Below are positions 20,746 through 29,397 of a stretch of 64,000 nucleotides of DNA, one piece after another. Within the stretch, counting starts at the first letter, position 1. Each line of letters begins with the position of its first letter. This DNA comes from an uncultured bacterium. Lineage in GTDB: Bacteria > Joyebacterota > Joyebacteria > Joyebacterales > Joyebacteraceae. The DNA is taken from assembly GCA_964399265.1 (NCBI GenBank), contig CAYNQF010000002.1, positions 3,444 to 67,443 on the forward strand, written 5' to 3'. The notes below the pieces were generated by a model that ran no database searches, was not told where the DNA came from, and was given only the letters and a program-made list of their open reading frames with translations. The translations under genes were made by a program, and so were the position numbers.

Positions 20746-23141
20746 CGCGAACCTCCGCGCTTCTTCGGCGCGGGCCTTGCAGGGCTCGGCGCAGGCCTTG
20801 CGGGCTTCGGCGCGGGGGTGCTCCGTGGCTTCGCCTTCTTCTCCAGAGCTTTTCCGCGACTTCTCGCCTTGTGCGCCTTGTTCAACTCCTCCTGCGTACC
20901 CTTCGCCGGGCCGGCCTGCTTCTTCGGCGGAACACGCTTGCTCTTCTCCACCTTCTGCCATTTGCCGCCCTGCTCCTTGTAGACCTTGCCGTCGGGCGCC
21001 GCGTATATGTTGTTCTCCTTGGTCGCCTTTCTGGGCTTCTTCATCTCCAGCGGGGCCTTGGGCGCTCTCCTGGGCTCGTGCTTCGTTGGTCCGACGATCG
21101 TGACGTTGCCCGCCGGTTTCTTGGGCTTCGCCGGGACTCGACCGGTTCCCTCTCTGGGGATGGGTCTCACGGGAGTGCCGGGCACACGCTCTATGGCGCG
21201 CGGCGTGCGCTGTTCCACCTTGCCCCCCTTGGAGGCGAGGTGTTCTCCGCCCGACAGCACTATCCCCTTCGGGTGCTTCCTGAAGAGGTTCCTGTTGTCG
21301 GTACCCCTCACCACGCCGGGATGCTGCGCGGGATGGTACCCGGCATACTTGCTGTCCCAGTAACCGTCGTGGTCACCATGGTGGTAGCCGCCCCCGTGGC
21401 CGTGATGATGGCCGTGGTGGTAGCCGTGGCGGTAGCCGTAGACGTACCCGCCAGGTCCCCACCAGCCTGTGTACCAGGGGCGCCCGTACCAGAGGTCGAG
21501 CCAGCCCAGGCTGACGCCGAAGTAGAGCCCCCAGCCTGTGTAGGGCCGCCACTGCGCACCGTAGCCCCACGTCGAGAACCTCGGGTAGTAGTGGTGTCTG
21601 TACCAGGGGCGGTAGTGGTAGCCGGTGCCGTAAACCACGCAGCCGCGGTAGACGTACGAGCCCAGATAGCCCGGCGTGTAGCCCACGTAGATGATGTCCG
21701 GCGTCACGTTGTAGATGTAGACGTACCGGACGTTGTAGTAGGGGCAGGTGGGTGGCAGGGTCTGCACCTGCGCAGGCACCCGCGTCGCAACGAGCCACGG
21801 GCCATTGGCGTAATCCGACACGAACCAGACGGCGTTGTCGCAGCAGTAGTACTCGTTGTCGACGAGCAGCACCGCCTTGTCCGCATTGGCGGCGTACGCG
21901 ACGTCGCCGGAGCAGAGCACGAACTCGGGGTTGCCGTCGTAAGTCACGGTCACCGCGGTCGTGTTGCGCTCAACCTCGGCGGTCTGAGGGATCAGGTTCT
22001 CGGCCACCGCGTCGGCCGCTTCGTCCGTCCCGGCTATGCTGGCGCGCACGTCCGCCATCTCGGAGTCGGCCGGTATCCCGTAGAAGTCGGCCGGCAGGAG
22101 GTCGGGCGCCACGAACGTCCAGTCGTTCCCGGACAGTGAACCCGACATATACCACCGTCCGGACAGCAGGACGTAGTAATGCTGCGTCGGGGTGTGCATG
22201 ATGATGTCGCTCTCGGAGTTCTGAACATAGAGCAGGTCCGTCCCCTCTATGGGGGCGAGCTGCGGTTCTCCGTCGGTCTCGATCACCTCCGCGGGGACGG
22301 CGCTCACCACCACTCTCGGTGTCGGGACGTCGACCAGAGAGAGAGCGGGATCGGCAGTCTGCGGATCGGAGGACAGAGTCTCTTCCCGCTTCTTCTCCTG
22401 CGCCTCGACGTCCGCGGCGACGGCCGACACCTTAGGCGGGAGCGATGATGTCACCCGCCAATCCCCGAGAATGTCTCCGCTCGTGTACCAGTGCCCGCCT
22501 CCGTACAGGAAGTAGCGGTCGGTGTCCGGATCCAGCAAGATGTAGAAGGGAGTGTTGACGACGTATTCGAGGCCCGAATTTTCGAGGTCGTTCAGGATGG
22601 GGTCACCGTCGATCGTGACCAGCACCGTGGGCTCGGAGGCGTAGATGATCTTGGGCGGGGAGTTGTCCAGGTCTGACACTCCGCCGTACGACTCCTCTAG
22701 CGGCGCGAGCCCGGCGATCAGGCTGTCCATCGACATGACCATCTCCCACTTCGGGAGTTCTTCCTCGACGTAGTCGGCCAGGCGGCGGCCCTCCTCGGTG
22801 GTGGAGTCGGGAAAGCGCGCGTCCGTCACGGTCATCGACTCGAGAGAGGCCGTTCTCGCGTCAGTGTCGGTGGCGATCCGCGCGTCGAACCACACGGCTC
22901 CGAAGACGGGAGCCGACTCGCCATTCGGGATGACTGACACGGCCGCACGGGCCTTGAGCATGTCGCCCGAGTACTCCTCGATCTGCGGCTGGTAGATCAC
23001 GATCTGGCCCTGCTCTCCGTCAAGCTGCCTCGGCCAGGGCAGGACGCTTGATTCCTGCGACGCTGCAGGCAGGGTCGCCAGCAGCAGGGGGACGACCAGT
23101 GTCGCAGTGCCCAACCACTTAAATGGCGATAATGACTTCAT
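20742..23141 (-). CDS. Secreted hypothetical protein (about 800 aa) with Tyr/Trp/Gly/His-rich low-complexity region and highly basic Lys/Pro-rich C-terminal tail
   Basis: Signal 'MKSLSPFKWLGTATLVVPLLLATLPAASQ'; 'YGYRHGYHHGHHHGHGGGYHHGDHDGYWD'; C-terminal 130 aa is KPKKPxxPAPK-rich. Confidence 0.6.
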   Translation of the reverse strand: MKSLSPFKWLGTATLVVPLLLATLPAASQESSVLPWPRQLDGEQGQIVIYQPQIEEYSGDMLKARAAVSVIPNGESAPVFGAVWFDARIATDTDARTASLESMTVTDARFPDSTTEEGRRLADYVEEELPKWEMVMSMDSLIAGLAPLEESYGGVSDLDNSPPKIIYASEPTVLVTIDGDPILNDLENSGLEYVVNTPFYILLDPDTDRYFLYGGGHWYTSGDILGDWRVTSSLPPKVSAVAADVEAQEKKREETLSSDPQTADPALSLVDVPTPRVVVSAVPAEVIETDGEPQLAPIEGTDLLYVQNSESDIIMHTPTQHYYVLLSGRWYMSGSLSGNDWTFVAPDLLPADFYGIPADSEMADVRASIAGTDEAADAVAENLIPQTAEVERNTTAVTVTYDGNPEFVLCSGDVAYAANADKAVLLVDNEYYCCDNAVWFVSDYANGPWLVATRVPAQVQTLPPTCPYYNVRYVYIYNVTPDIIYVGYTPGYLGSYVYRGCVVYGTGYHYRPWYRHHYYPRFSTWGYGAQWRPYTGWGLYFGVSLGWLDLWYGRPWYTGWWGPGGYVYGYRHGYHHGHHHGHGGGYHHGDHDGYWDSKYAGYHPAQHPGVVRGTDNRNLFRKHPKGIVLSGGEHLASKGGKVEQRTPRAIERVPGTPVRPIPREGTGRVPAKPKKPAGNVTIVGPTKHEPRRAPKAPLEMKKPRKATKENNIYAAPDGKVYKEQGGKWQKVEKSKRVPPKKQAGPAKGTQEELNKAHKARSRGKALEKKAKPRSTPAPKPARPAPSPARPAPKKRGGSR

Positions 23142-23317
23142 AATGGTCCTCCTGTCGGGAATCCAGAGGCGCGCCCCCTGGTGAGCCCGACACATAGGAT
23201 GCAGGACGGGGCCCGGCGTGACTGCACTTGCGGTACGTGCGTGCTATCTCTTTGGTCGGCGAGCGGCGGTGAAGGATTCACTGGGCGCTCGCCGTGCGCA
23301 TCGCCCTACGATTTCGT

Positions 23318-23346
23318 TTGACTTAAATGGGTGGGTGGACTATCTT
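23318..23346 (+). promoter_or_regulatory. sigma70 promoter TTGACT-17-TATCTT (copy 2 of the module)
   Basis: Paralogous to 8056-8084. Confidence 0.55.
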
Positions 23347-23353
23347 GAAGCCA

Positions 23354-23432
23354 AGCAGAGGCGACCACGTCGGTATGGTGACATATCCGAAGACTCTCAA
23401 GAGGGACCTGGCGCAGAGGCCGGTCCCTTTTT
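23354..23432 (+). ncRNA. Candidate small RNA / csp leader-attenuator, copy 2
   Basis: Conserved with 8092-8170; ends in gggacc(t)ggc-gcagag-gccggtccc + TTTTT (23403-23432). Confidence 0.4.
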
Positions 23433-23617
23433 GCGTTTCAGGGGCGCCATGAGGCGCCCCAGGATATGCCCCAGGCCGGCGGTCGGTGACGGCGTCGCCT
23501 GCAGGGGAGGACAGGCCCCTTAACTGAGGATGTCGGAAAGCCTGGTTGAGAGGCGCCGACGACACGATCGCGGGCGAGGCACGATTCTCGCCGCGAGAAC
23601 AAGAGAGGCAGCATACA

Positions 23618-23830
23618 GTGAGTACCACCGGAACCGTGAAGTGGTTCAACGACGCCAAGGGCTTTGGCTTCATCTCCTTGGAGGATGGGTCGAAGGACGT
23701 ATTCGTTCACCATTCGGCGATCCAGGGCGACGGCTTCAAGACGCTGAACGAAGGTGATCGCGTGCAGTTCGATGTCGTGCAGGGCGAGAAGGGCCCGGCG
23801 GCCGAGAACGTCACGAAGATCGTCGAGTAG
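23618..23830 (+). CDS. cspA: Cold-shock protein, CspA family, paralogue 2 (70 aa, GTG start)
   Basis: 96 % identical to the 8357 copy apart from a one-codon indel (GGDEF versus GDGF). Confidence 0.9.
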   Translation: MSTTGTVKWFNDAKGFGFISLEDGSKDVFVHHSAIQGDGFKTLNEGDRVQFDVVQGEKGPAAENVTKIVE

Positions 23831-23869
23831 TCGGAGACTCAGGATCGCAGACCGATGCATCAGTTCACC

Positions 23870-23910
23870 GGGCCGCCCTCTGGCGCAATGAGGGCGGCCT
23901 CTTCGTTTCT
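23870..23910 (+). terminator. Hairpin terminator after cspA copy 2 (gggccgccct-N11-agggcggcct + cttcgtttct)
   Basis: Conserved position and stem relative to copy 1. Confidence 0.5.
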
Positions 23911-23946
23911 CGCCTGTTCGGAGAGCACACCATCAAGGAGCCCCCA

Positions 23947-25458
23947 TTGAACGCGCTCCTGATCTACCCGAAGAACCCCGAGACCTTCTGGAGCCTTACG
24001 CACGCCCTCCGGCTCATCAACCGGAAGGCCGCTTCACCTCCACTCGGGCTCCTGACGGTCGCCGCCCTTCTACCTTCCGACTGGAATCTGCGCCTCGTCG
24101 ACCTGAACGTTGGCGTCTTGACCAACGACGACCTGGTCTGGGCCGACTGCGCTCTAGTGAGCGGCATGATCGTGCAGAAGAACTCGGCACTGGAGGTCGT
24201 CACTCGCTGCAAGTCGGCGGGCCTGACCGTGATCGCCGGCGGGCCGCTCTTTGCGTCGGAGGAAGAGAGGGCCGCGTTCACCGGTGTGGATCACTTCGTG
24301 CTGAACGAGGCAGAGCTGACCCTCCCGCCGTTCCTCCAGGACCTCGAGCGGGGCACGACACGCCGCACGTACCGCACAGACCAGTACGCCGACATGACCA
24401 CCACGCCCGTACCTCGCTGGGATCTCCTGGATCCGCGCGAGTACGCCTCACGTGGCGTCCAGTTCTCACGTGGCTGTCCGAACAACTGCGAGTTCTGCGA
24501 GGTCACGCAGCTGTTTGGGCATCGCTGGAGGACGAAGGCGGTCTCTCAGGTCATTGCCGAACTGGACGTACTCGACGGACTCGGGTGGCACGGTGTCGTC
24601 CCATTCGTCGACGACAACTTCAACGCGAAGGGGCGGTACCTGCGCGGCGAGCTTCTTCCCGCGCTGATCGAGTGGAGGCGAGGCAAGCGCGGCATGAACT
24701 TCAGCGCTCAGGTCACGATGGAACTCGCCGACGACCCCGAGCTGATGCAGATGATGGTGAGCGCGGGTTTCGACACTGTCTTCATCGGGATCGAGACGAT
24801 GGACGAGGCGAACCTCGCCGAGTGTCACAAGCGGCAGAATCGCAACCGCGACCTTCTGGCCGACATCAAGCGCATCCAGAGGGCGGGCCTCCAGGTCCAG
24901 GCGGGCTTCATCGTCGGTTTCGACAACGACACGCCCTCGGTCTTCGAGCGGATGGGCGAGTTCATACAGAAGAGCGGTATCGTTACCGCGATGGTCGGAA
25001 TGCTCCAGGCTCCGATCGGCACGGCTCTCTACAAGAGGCTCGACCGCGAGGGGCGGATTCGCACCGGTCTGTCGGGTGACAACTCCGACGGCACGACGAA
25101 CATCGTTCCGAGCATGGGCTTGGGTCCGCTCCAGGAAGGGCACAAGAGGCTCCTGAGAGAACTCTACTCGCCGGCGAACTACTACCGTCGAGTGAAGACC
25201 TTCCTCCGCGAGTACCGCCCGCCCAGGGCGAACACTCACATCTCCCGCTCACACGTCCTGGCGGCCGTCAGGTCGTTCTACTACCTGAGCCTCGCGGGTC
25301 GTGAGCACTGGCAGTTCCCCGGCCTTCTCATCTGGACCCTGTTCCGGCGCCCCAGGGCTCTTCCGGTCGCCGTCGTTCTCGCCATCTACGGCTATCACTA
25401 CCGCAAGAGCTACGAGCCTCTCTTCAGTTCGGTCACCTCCGTCACCGCTCGTGCCTGA
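23947..25458 (+). CDS. B12-binding radical SAM / DUF4070 protein, paralogue 2 (503 aa, TTG start)
   Basis: 'CPNNCEFC'; same length and about 85 % identical to the 8690 copy. Confidence 0.85.
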   Translation: MNALLIYPKNPETFWSLTHALRLINRKAASPPLGLLTVAALLPSDWNLRLVDLNVGVLTNDDLVWADCALVSGMIVQKNSALEVVTRCKSAGLTVIAGGPLFASEEERAAFTGVDHFVLNEAELTLPPFLQDLERGTTRRTYRTDQYADMTTTPVPRWDLLDPREYASRGVQFSRGCPNNCEFCEVTQLFGHRWRTKAVSQVIAELDVLDGLGWHGVVPFVDDNFNAKGRYLRGELLPALIEWRRGKRGMNFSAQVTMELADDPELMQMMVSAGFDTVFIGIETMDEANLAECHKRQNRNRDLLADIKRIQRAGLQVQAGFIVGFDNDTPSVFERMGEFIQKSGIVTAMVGMLQAPIGTALYKRLDREGRIRTGLSGDNSDGTTNIVPSMGLGPLQEGHKRLLRELYSPANYYRRVKTFLREYRPPRANTHISRSHVLAAVRSFYYLSLAGREHWQFPGLLIWTLFRRPRALPVAVVLAIYGYHYRKSYEPLFSSVTSVTARA

Positions 25459-25843
25459 GGTTGCCGCAACGGGACCGTCGTCAAGGCTACGACGAACCTC
25501 TCTCTTGACGGCAGCCGGCTGACCGGCGATGGCCGGGCGACGTATAGCCGGCTTCACGGGGTCCGGCGTTGCGGGCGGGAATGCGGTGCGCTGGTGCGAG
25601 CTGTATCTCACGGCGTGCCCTCCCTTTCGGGGGGCACGCTTCTTTCTGTCTCTCCCGGCTTCCGGTCAGGCAGTGTGCGGTCCCCAAGCCATTCCATGGT
25701 AGACTTGGCGTGCTCGATCGTTTCAGAGATGAGAGGGGAAGCTGGCCACCGCAGGGTAGCTCGTGTGGTATGGTTCGACGCTATTCTGGAAAGTCGTTGC
25801 GAAGCGGACGGACGCTCGCGGAACAACCCGAAGGGAGAGTGCA

Positions 25844-26974
25844 ATGAGGAAGCTCGCTACAGCATTCGTCGCGGTGCTGCTGGTTCTGGTCGCAGTAGGA
25901 GGCGCGGAGGCGAAGTGGGTAGAGAAGCGACGTCCCACCAAGCCCACGGCCGAGATCCTGAAGAGAGGCGAACTCGATTGCTCGTCGGCCATCCCCATCT
26001 CGGTCGGGGAGACGGTGTACAGCACCAACGTGGGCGCTCCGAGCAACGCGGACGGATATCCCGAGTGCATAGCCTGGAACGAGTCAGGTGGCGAGGTCGT
26101 GTACGAGCTGACCATCGACGGACCCACGTGCCAGGACATCGGGATCGCCCTCTGGTACAGAGTCGACCTGGACCTGGACCTCGACTGGTTCCTCCTGGAT
26201 AGTTGTGACGAAAATGGCCAGTGTGTCGAGTTCGACGATTATAGCGACATAGTCGACTGCCTGGCGCCTGGAACCTACTACCTCATCGTGGACGGGTACT
26301 ATGGCGACGAGAGCGAGTACATCCTCTGCGTGTATCGCAACGAGCCCATAGCGGAGTGCTCGCCCCTAACGTCGGTATGCCACGAGTGGAACTTCAATAC
26401 GAGCGACGAGGGGTTCGAGCACGTCCAGTGCGGGATACCTCAGTACGCTTGGGAATGGGGCCCGGCTCCGGACGGGATCCCTGAGACGGCCTGTGGCGGC
26501 ATCCAGGTCAACAACGTCCTGTGTACCGGGCTCGAGGGCGAGTATGTCAACAACGCAGGCGACGCCGCCGTCGTGGGTCCGGTCGTGCTGGGAGAGGACT
26601 GCAACTGCCTCGAGCTGTGCCACTTCTACTCGTTGGAAGACGGCGTGGACCAGGGCATGGTCGGTCTCACGGCCGACGTGGGCGTGACCTGGAACCTGCT
26701 CACGCCCGCTCGCGGCTACGACGACTACGGCGACTGGGATAACACGTGTATCGGGCCGTACCCCGCGTTCCAGGAATCGGGCGCCACGGAGTTCAGGACC
26801 GACTCGTTCGACCTCACGCCGTGGATAGGAGAGACGGTCTTCGTCGGCTTCTTCTTTGGCTCCAACAGCTCTGTGTCCGACCTGGGCTGGTACATCCTCC
26901 GTGCGGCGATAGGGACCTCCGGGAGTCCGGTGGAAAGCACCAGCTGGGGCGCCATCAAGGCCATGTATCGTTGA
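25844..26974 (+). CDS. Secreted Cys-rich protein with PPC/pre-peptidase-C-terminal-like beta-sandwich domain, ending in the novel tail '...SGSPVESTSWGAIKAMYR'
   Basis: Signal 'MRKLATAFVAVLLVLVAVGGAEA', AAGGGAGAG RBS; 'DCSSAIPISVGETVYSTNVG...YYLIVDGYYGDESEYIL' PPC-like. Confidence 0.5.
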   Translation: MRKLATAFVAVLLVLVAVGGAEAKWVEKRRPTKPTAEILKRGELDCSSAIPISVGETVYSTNVGAPSNADGYPECIAWNESGGEVVYELTIDGPTCQDIGIALWYRVDLDLDLDWFLLDSCDENGQCVEFDDYSDIVDCLAPGTYYLIVDGYYGDESEYILCVYRNEPIAECSPLTSVCHEWNFNTSDEGFEHVQCGIPQYAWEWGPAPDGIPETACGGIQVNNVLCTGLEGEYVNNAGDAAVVGPVVLGEDCNCLELCHFYSLEDGVDQGMVGLTADVGVTWNLLTPARGYDDYGDWDNTCIGPYPAFQESGATEFRTDSFDLTPWIGETVFVGFFFGSNSSVSDLGWYILRAAIGTSGSPVESTSWGAIKAMYR

Positions 26975-27076
26975 CGTATCGCTGATGACGCATCGAGATC
27001 ATGCGTGAGCGATGGATACGCCGGGCGGCGGCAGCCGGTGTATCACGCGGGTCTTCTTGTTGTCCTGTTGTCTGGT

Positions 27077-28045
27077 TCAGAAGAGGATTCCGGCGGTCGC
27101 GCTGAGGCGGAACTGAAGGCTGTCGATCTCGTACGGCAAGTCGGCGATGACCGCGCCTGCCGGCATGTCCTCGTCGCGGTACCACCGCTGGGCGACATGG
27201 CCGACGGCGTGGAAGTACCTGACCTCTCCGGCCAGGCTCACCGAGAGCCAGTCGAGCGAGGGTGAGCCCGGCACGAGGTCGAGCGTGGCGCTCGCGCCCG
27301 CGCCGATCCCCCAGCCCCGACCTTCGGAGATCCGTCCCCTGAGGAGATGGTCGTCCGTGTCCGTCGCTCTAACCACTCCGACGGTTGCCTTGGCTCCCAG
27401 GGCCGAACGGGTGCCCACGGCGCACCCCAGCCCGGCCCCCAGTTGTCCGCTCAAGTACGTGACCGAGTAGTCGATGACCCGGGCCGTTCCGGACACCGCG
27501 ACCTGCTCGTCGGAGAACAGGCTGCCGCGCCATCCCTCGTAGCCGACGACGTACTGCTCTATCCGCTGGTAGTCCAGGTGGAAGAGGATGGAGGTGCTAA
27601 CTCTGCGCTCGCCCGGCAGCCTGTAGGATACGTCCGCCGTGGCCAGGATCACGTCGAGCTCGGTGTCGGATTCCGTGTACGAGAGCCGTGTCGCTCCAAC
27701 CCAGTCCTCATCGGTGACCCTGGCGGATGGGTTGTCGAGGTTCGTGTGGATCCCGGCGCCCAGCGTCCATCCGCCGTGACCGGCAGTTCGCGGACTCCAG
27801 CCGGCCGTCACGCCCACGAGCGTGGTCTCCAGGGGGAACTCGAGTGTGCTGTGAATGTCGACTAGGCTCCCGGGGTCCGTCGGGTCCTCGGCTCTCGCCG
27901 ACATCCGGTAGGAGGTGCTTCCCGTCCACTGCGATACCGACGCCCCGACGTGCAAACCGGGCGGGGGAGACGCGACGGATTCCGCCGGTCTCCCCCAGAA
28001 GAGAGCAATCAGACACAGCGCTGTCACCACGACCCTGCGCATCAC
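27077..28045 (-). CDS. Outer-membrane beta-barrel protein (omptin/MipA-like), ends in Phe
   Basis: Signal 'MMRRVVVTALCLIALFWG'; alternating amphipathic strands; C-terminal '...LSATAGILF'. Confidence 0.5.
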   Translation of the reverse strand: MMRRVVVTALCLIALFWGRPAESVASPPPGLHVGASVSQWTGSTSYRMSARAEDPTDPGSLVDIHSTLEFPLETTLVGVTAGWSPRTAGHGGWTLGAGIHTNLDNPSARVTDEDWVGATRLSYTESDTELDVILATADVSYRLPGERRVSTSILFHLDYQRIEQYVVGYEGWRGSLFSDEQVAVSGTARVIDYSVTYLSGQLGAGLGCAVGTRSALGAKATVGVVRATDTDDHLLRGRISEGRGWGIGAGASATLDLVPGSPSLDWLSVSLAGEVRYFHAVGHVAQRWYRDEDMPAGAVIADLPYEIDSLQFRLSATAGILF

Positions 28046-28078
28046 ACCCCCGGGGTCTCGAGGAGCGGGACGTACGCT

Positions 28079-29185
28079 CTAGAACGGCAGACCGTACCAG
28101 CATCCTCGTTCGCCGCAGTCTCCGCCCTCGAAGTCGCCCCAGACGACGGCATTGCCGACCACGTAGAAGCCGGCCGCGCCGACCTGGAATGGTCCGTAGC
28201 TGTCGCTCTGCACGTCATCGAGACCGACGTTGGCGTAGGGGTAGTGCGGCGGAGCTACCGAGTACTCTCCTTCGTACAGCGGCAGAGGCTCATCGCCGAT
28301 GTAGAGATGTGTCTCGGTCATCGTGTAATCGCCGCACGTGGCCAACGTCACCATCGCCTGGCCGTAGAAATAGTCGACCACCATCTCTCCAACGAGAGTG
28401 GCTTCGGCCAGATCGCACTCGACGGCGCCGACGTACAGGTCGAAGTGGTACGAACCATCGTAGGGTATGAAGTTCGTCCAGCCCCAGTGGTCAAAGTCCG
28501 GCAGGCCGTCGTTGTTCAGGTCCAGCTCGGCGAAGCATGTCGCGGCCTCGCAGCCGTACCCGAACGCGATCTCGGAGCCGTCATCATCGGGCGGTTCGGT
28601 GGGGTCGCAGATGAACTCGATGCCGAAGAACGTCGCCCAGTTGCCCTTGCTGACGATGCGGTAGCCGTCGCCCCAGCCGGTCTCCGTCTGGTAGCTACCG
28701 TCTCCGTTGTCCTTTCGGAGCGCAGCGTGGGCGGCCGCGAGCAGCTCTTCGCCGCACAGCCCCGCCTCGCCTCCGAACTCATCGAGCGGCACGATGAACG
28801 TGTACGTGGTCTCGCCCGTGATGTCGCCTGCGTTGTATGGGAAGTTGCCGACCTTCGGGTTGCCCTTGTTGGTCTGCGGCATGTCGTTGAGCGACTGGCC
28901 GACCCACAGGTGGGCTTCGACGAGTTCCCATCCGTTCGCGGTGTTGTAAGTGACCCAGAGTTCCTCGGTCTCTCCGCTGTCGACTATCTCGAGGCACACG
29001 GTGCCGGCGTCGATCGTCTGACCCGCGAAGAGCGTGGTGCAGTACTGCCCCTGCGTCCCGTTGACGCCATAGACCGACAGCGTCGAGAGCACGCTCAACG
29101 GAGCGATCGGGCTCTCCTGGCTGCAGCCTACGATGCCGACGGACAACAGGACTGCGAACACAACGAGCGCCAACTTGGCCTTCAT
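28079..29185 (-). CDS. Cys-rich lipoprotein, hypothetical; likely co-transcribed with the downstream OM beta-barrel
   Basis: Lipobox 'LLSVGIVGCS'; 34-nt gap to the barrel gene; C-terminal '...WYGLPF'. Confidence 0.5.
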   Translation of the reverse strand: MKAKLALVVFAVLLSVGIVGCSQESPIAPLSVLSTLSVYGVNGTQGQYCTTLFAGQTIDAGTVCLEIVDSGETEELWVTYNTANGWELVEAHLWVGQSLNDMPQTNKGNPKVGNFPYNAGDITGETTYTFIVPLDEFGGEAGLCGEELLAAAHAALRKDNGDGSYQTETGWGDGYRIVSKGNWATFFGIEFICDPTEPPDDDGSEIAFGYGCEAATCFAELDLNNDGLPDFDHWGWTNFIPYDGSYHFDLYVGAVECDLAEATLVGEMVVDYFYGQAMVTLATCGDYTMTETHLYIGDEPLPLYEGEYSVAPPHYPYANVGLDDVQSDSYGPFQVGAAGFYVVGNAVVWGDFEGGDCGERGCWYGLPF

Positions 29186-29397
29186 GGGTGCTCCTCCCTG
29201 ATGAAGTCTACAGGCCAAACCGCCGGCCGCACCTGTAACAAGCCGCGCGGCTCGATGCCTTCACTGCAATAGGCGGGCCATTCGCTTGTCGCATAGCCGG
29301 CGGTTTCAGGGAGTGTTCATCGCGGGCGGAATTCAGTAGTGAGGGGCGGGTCGCTGTGCCGCCGGGGGCGCTGCATTGCGCGGCGCTGGAGAAAGTC

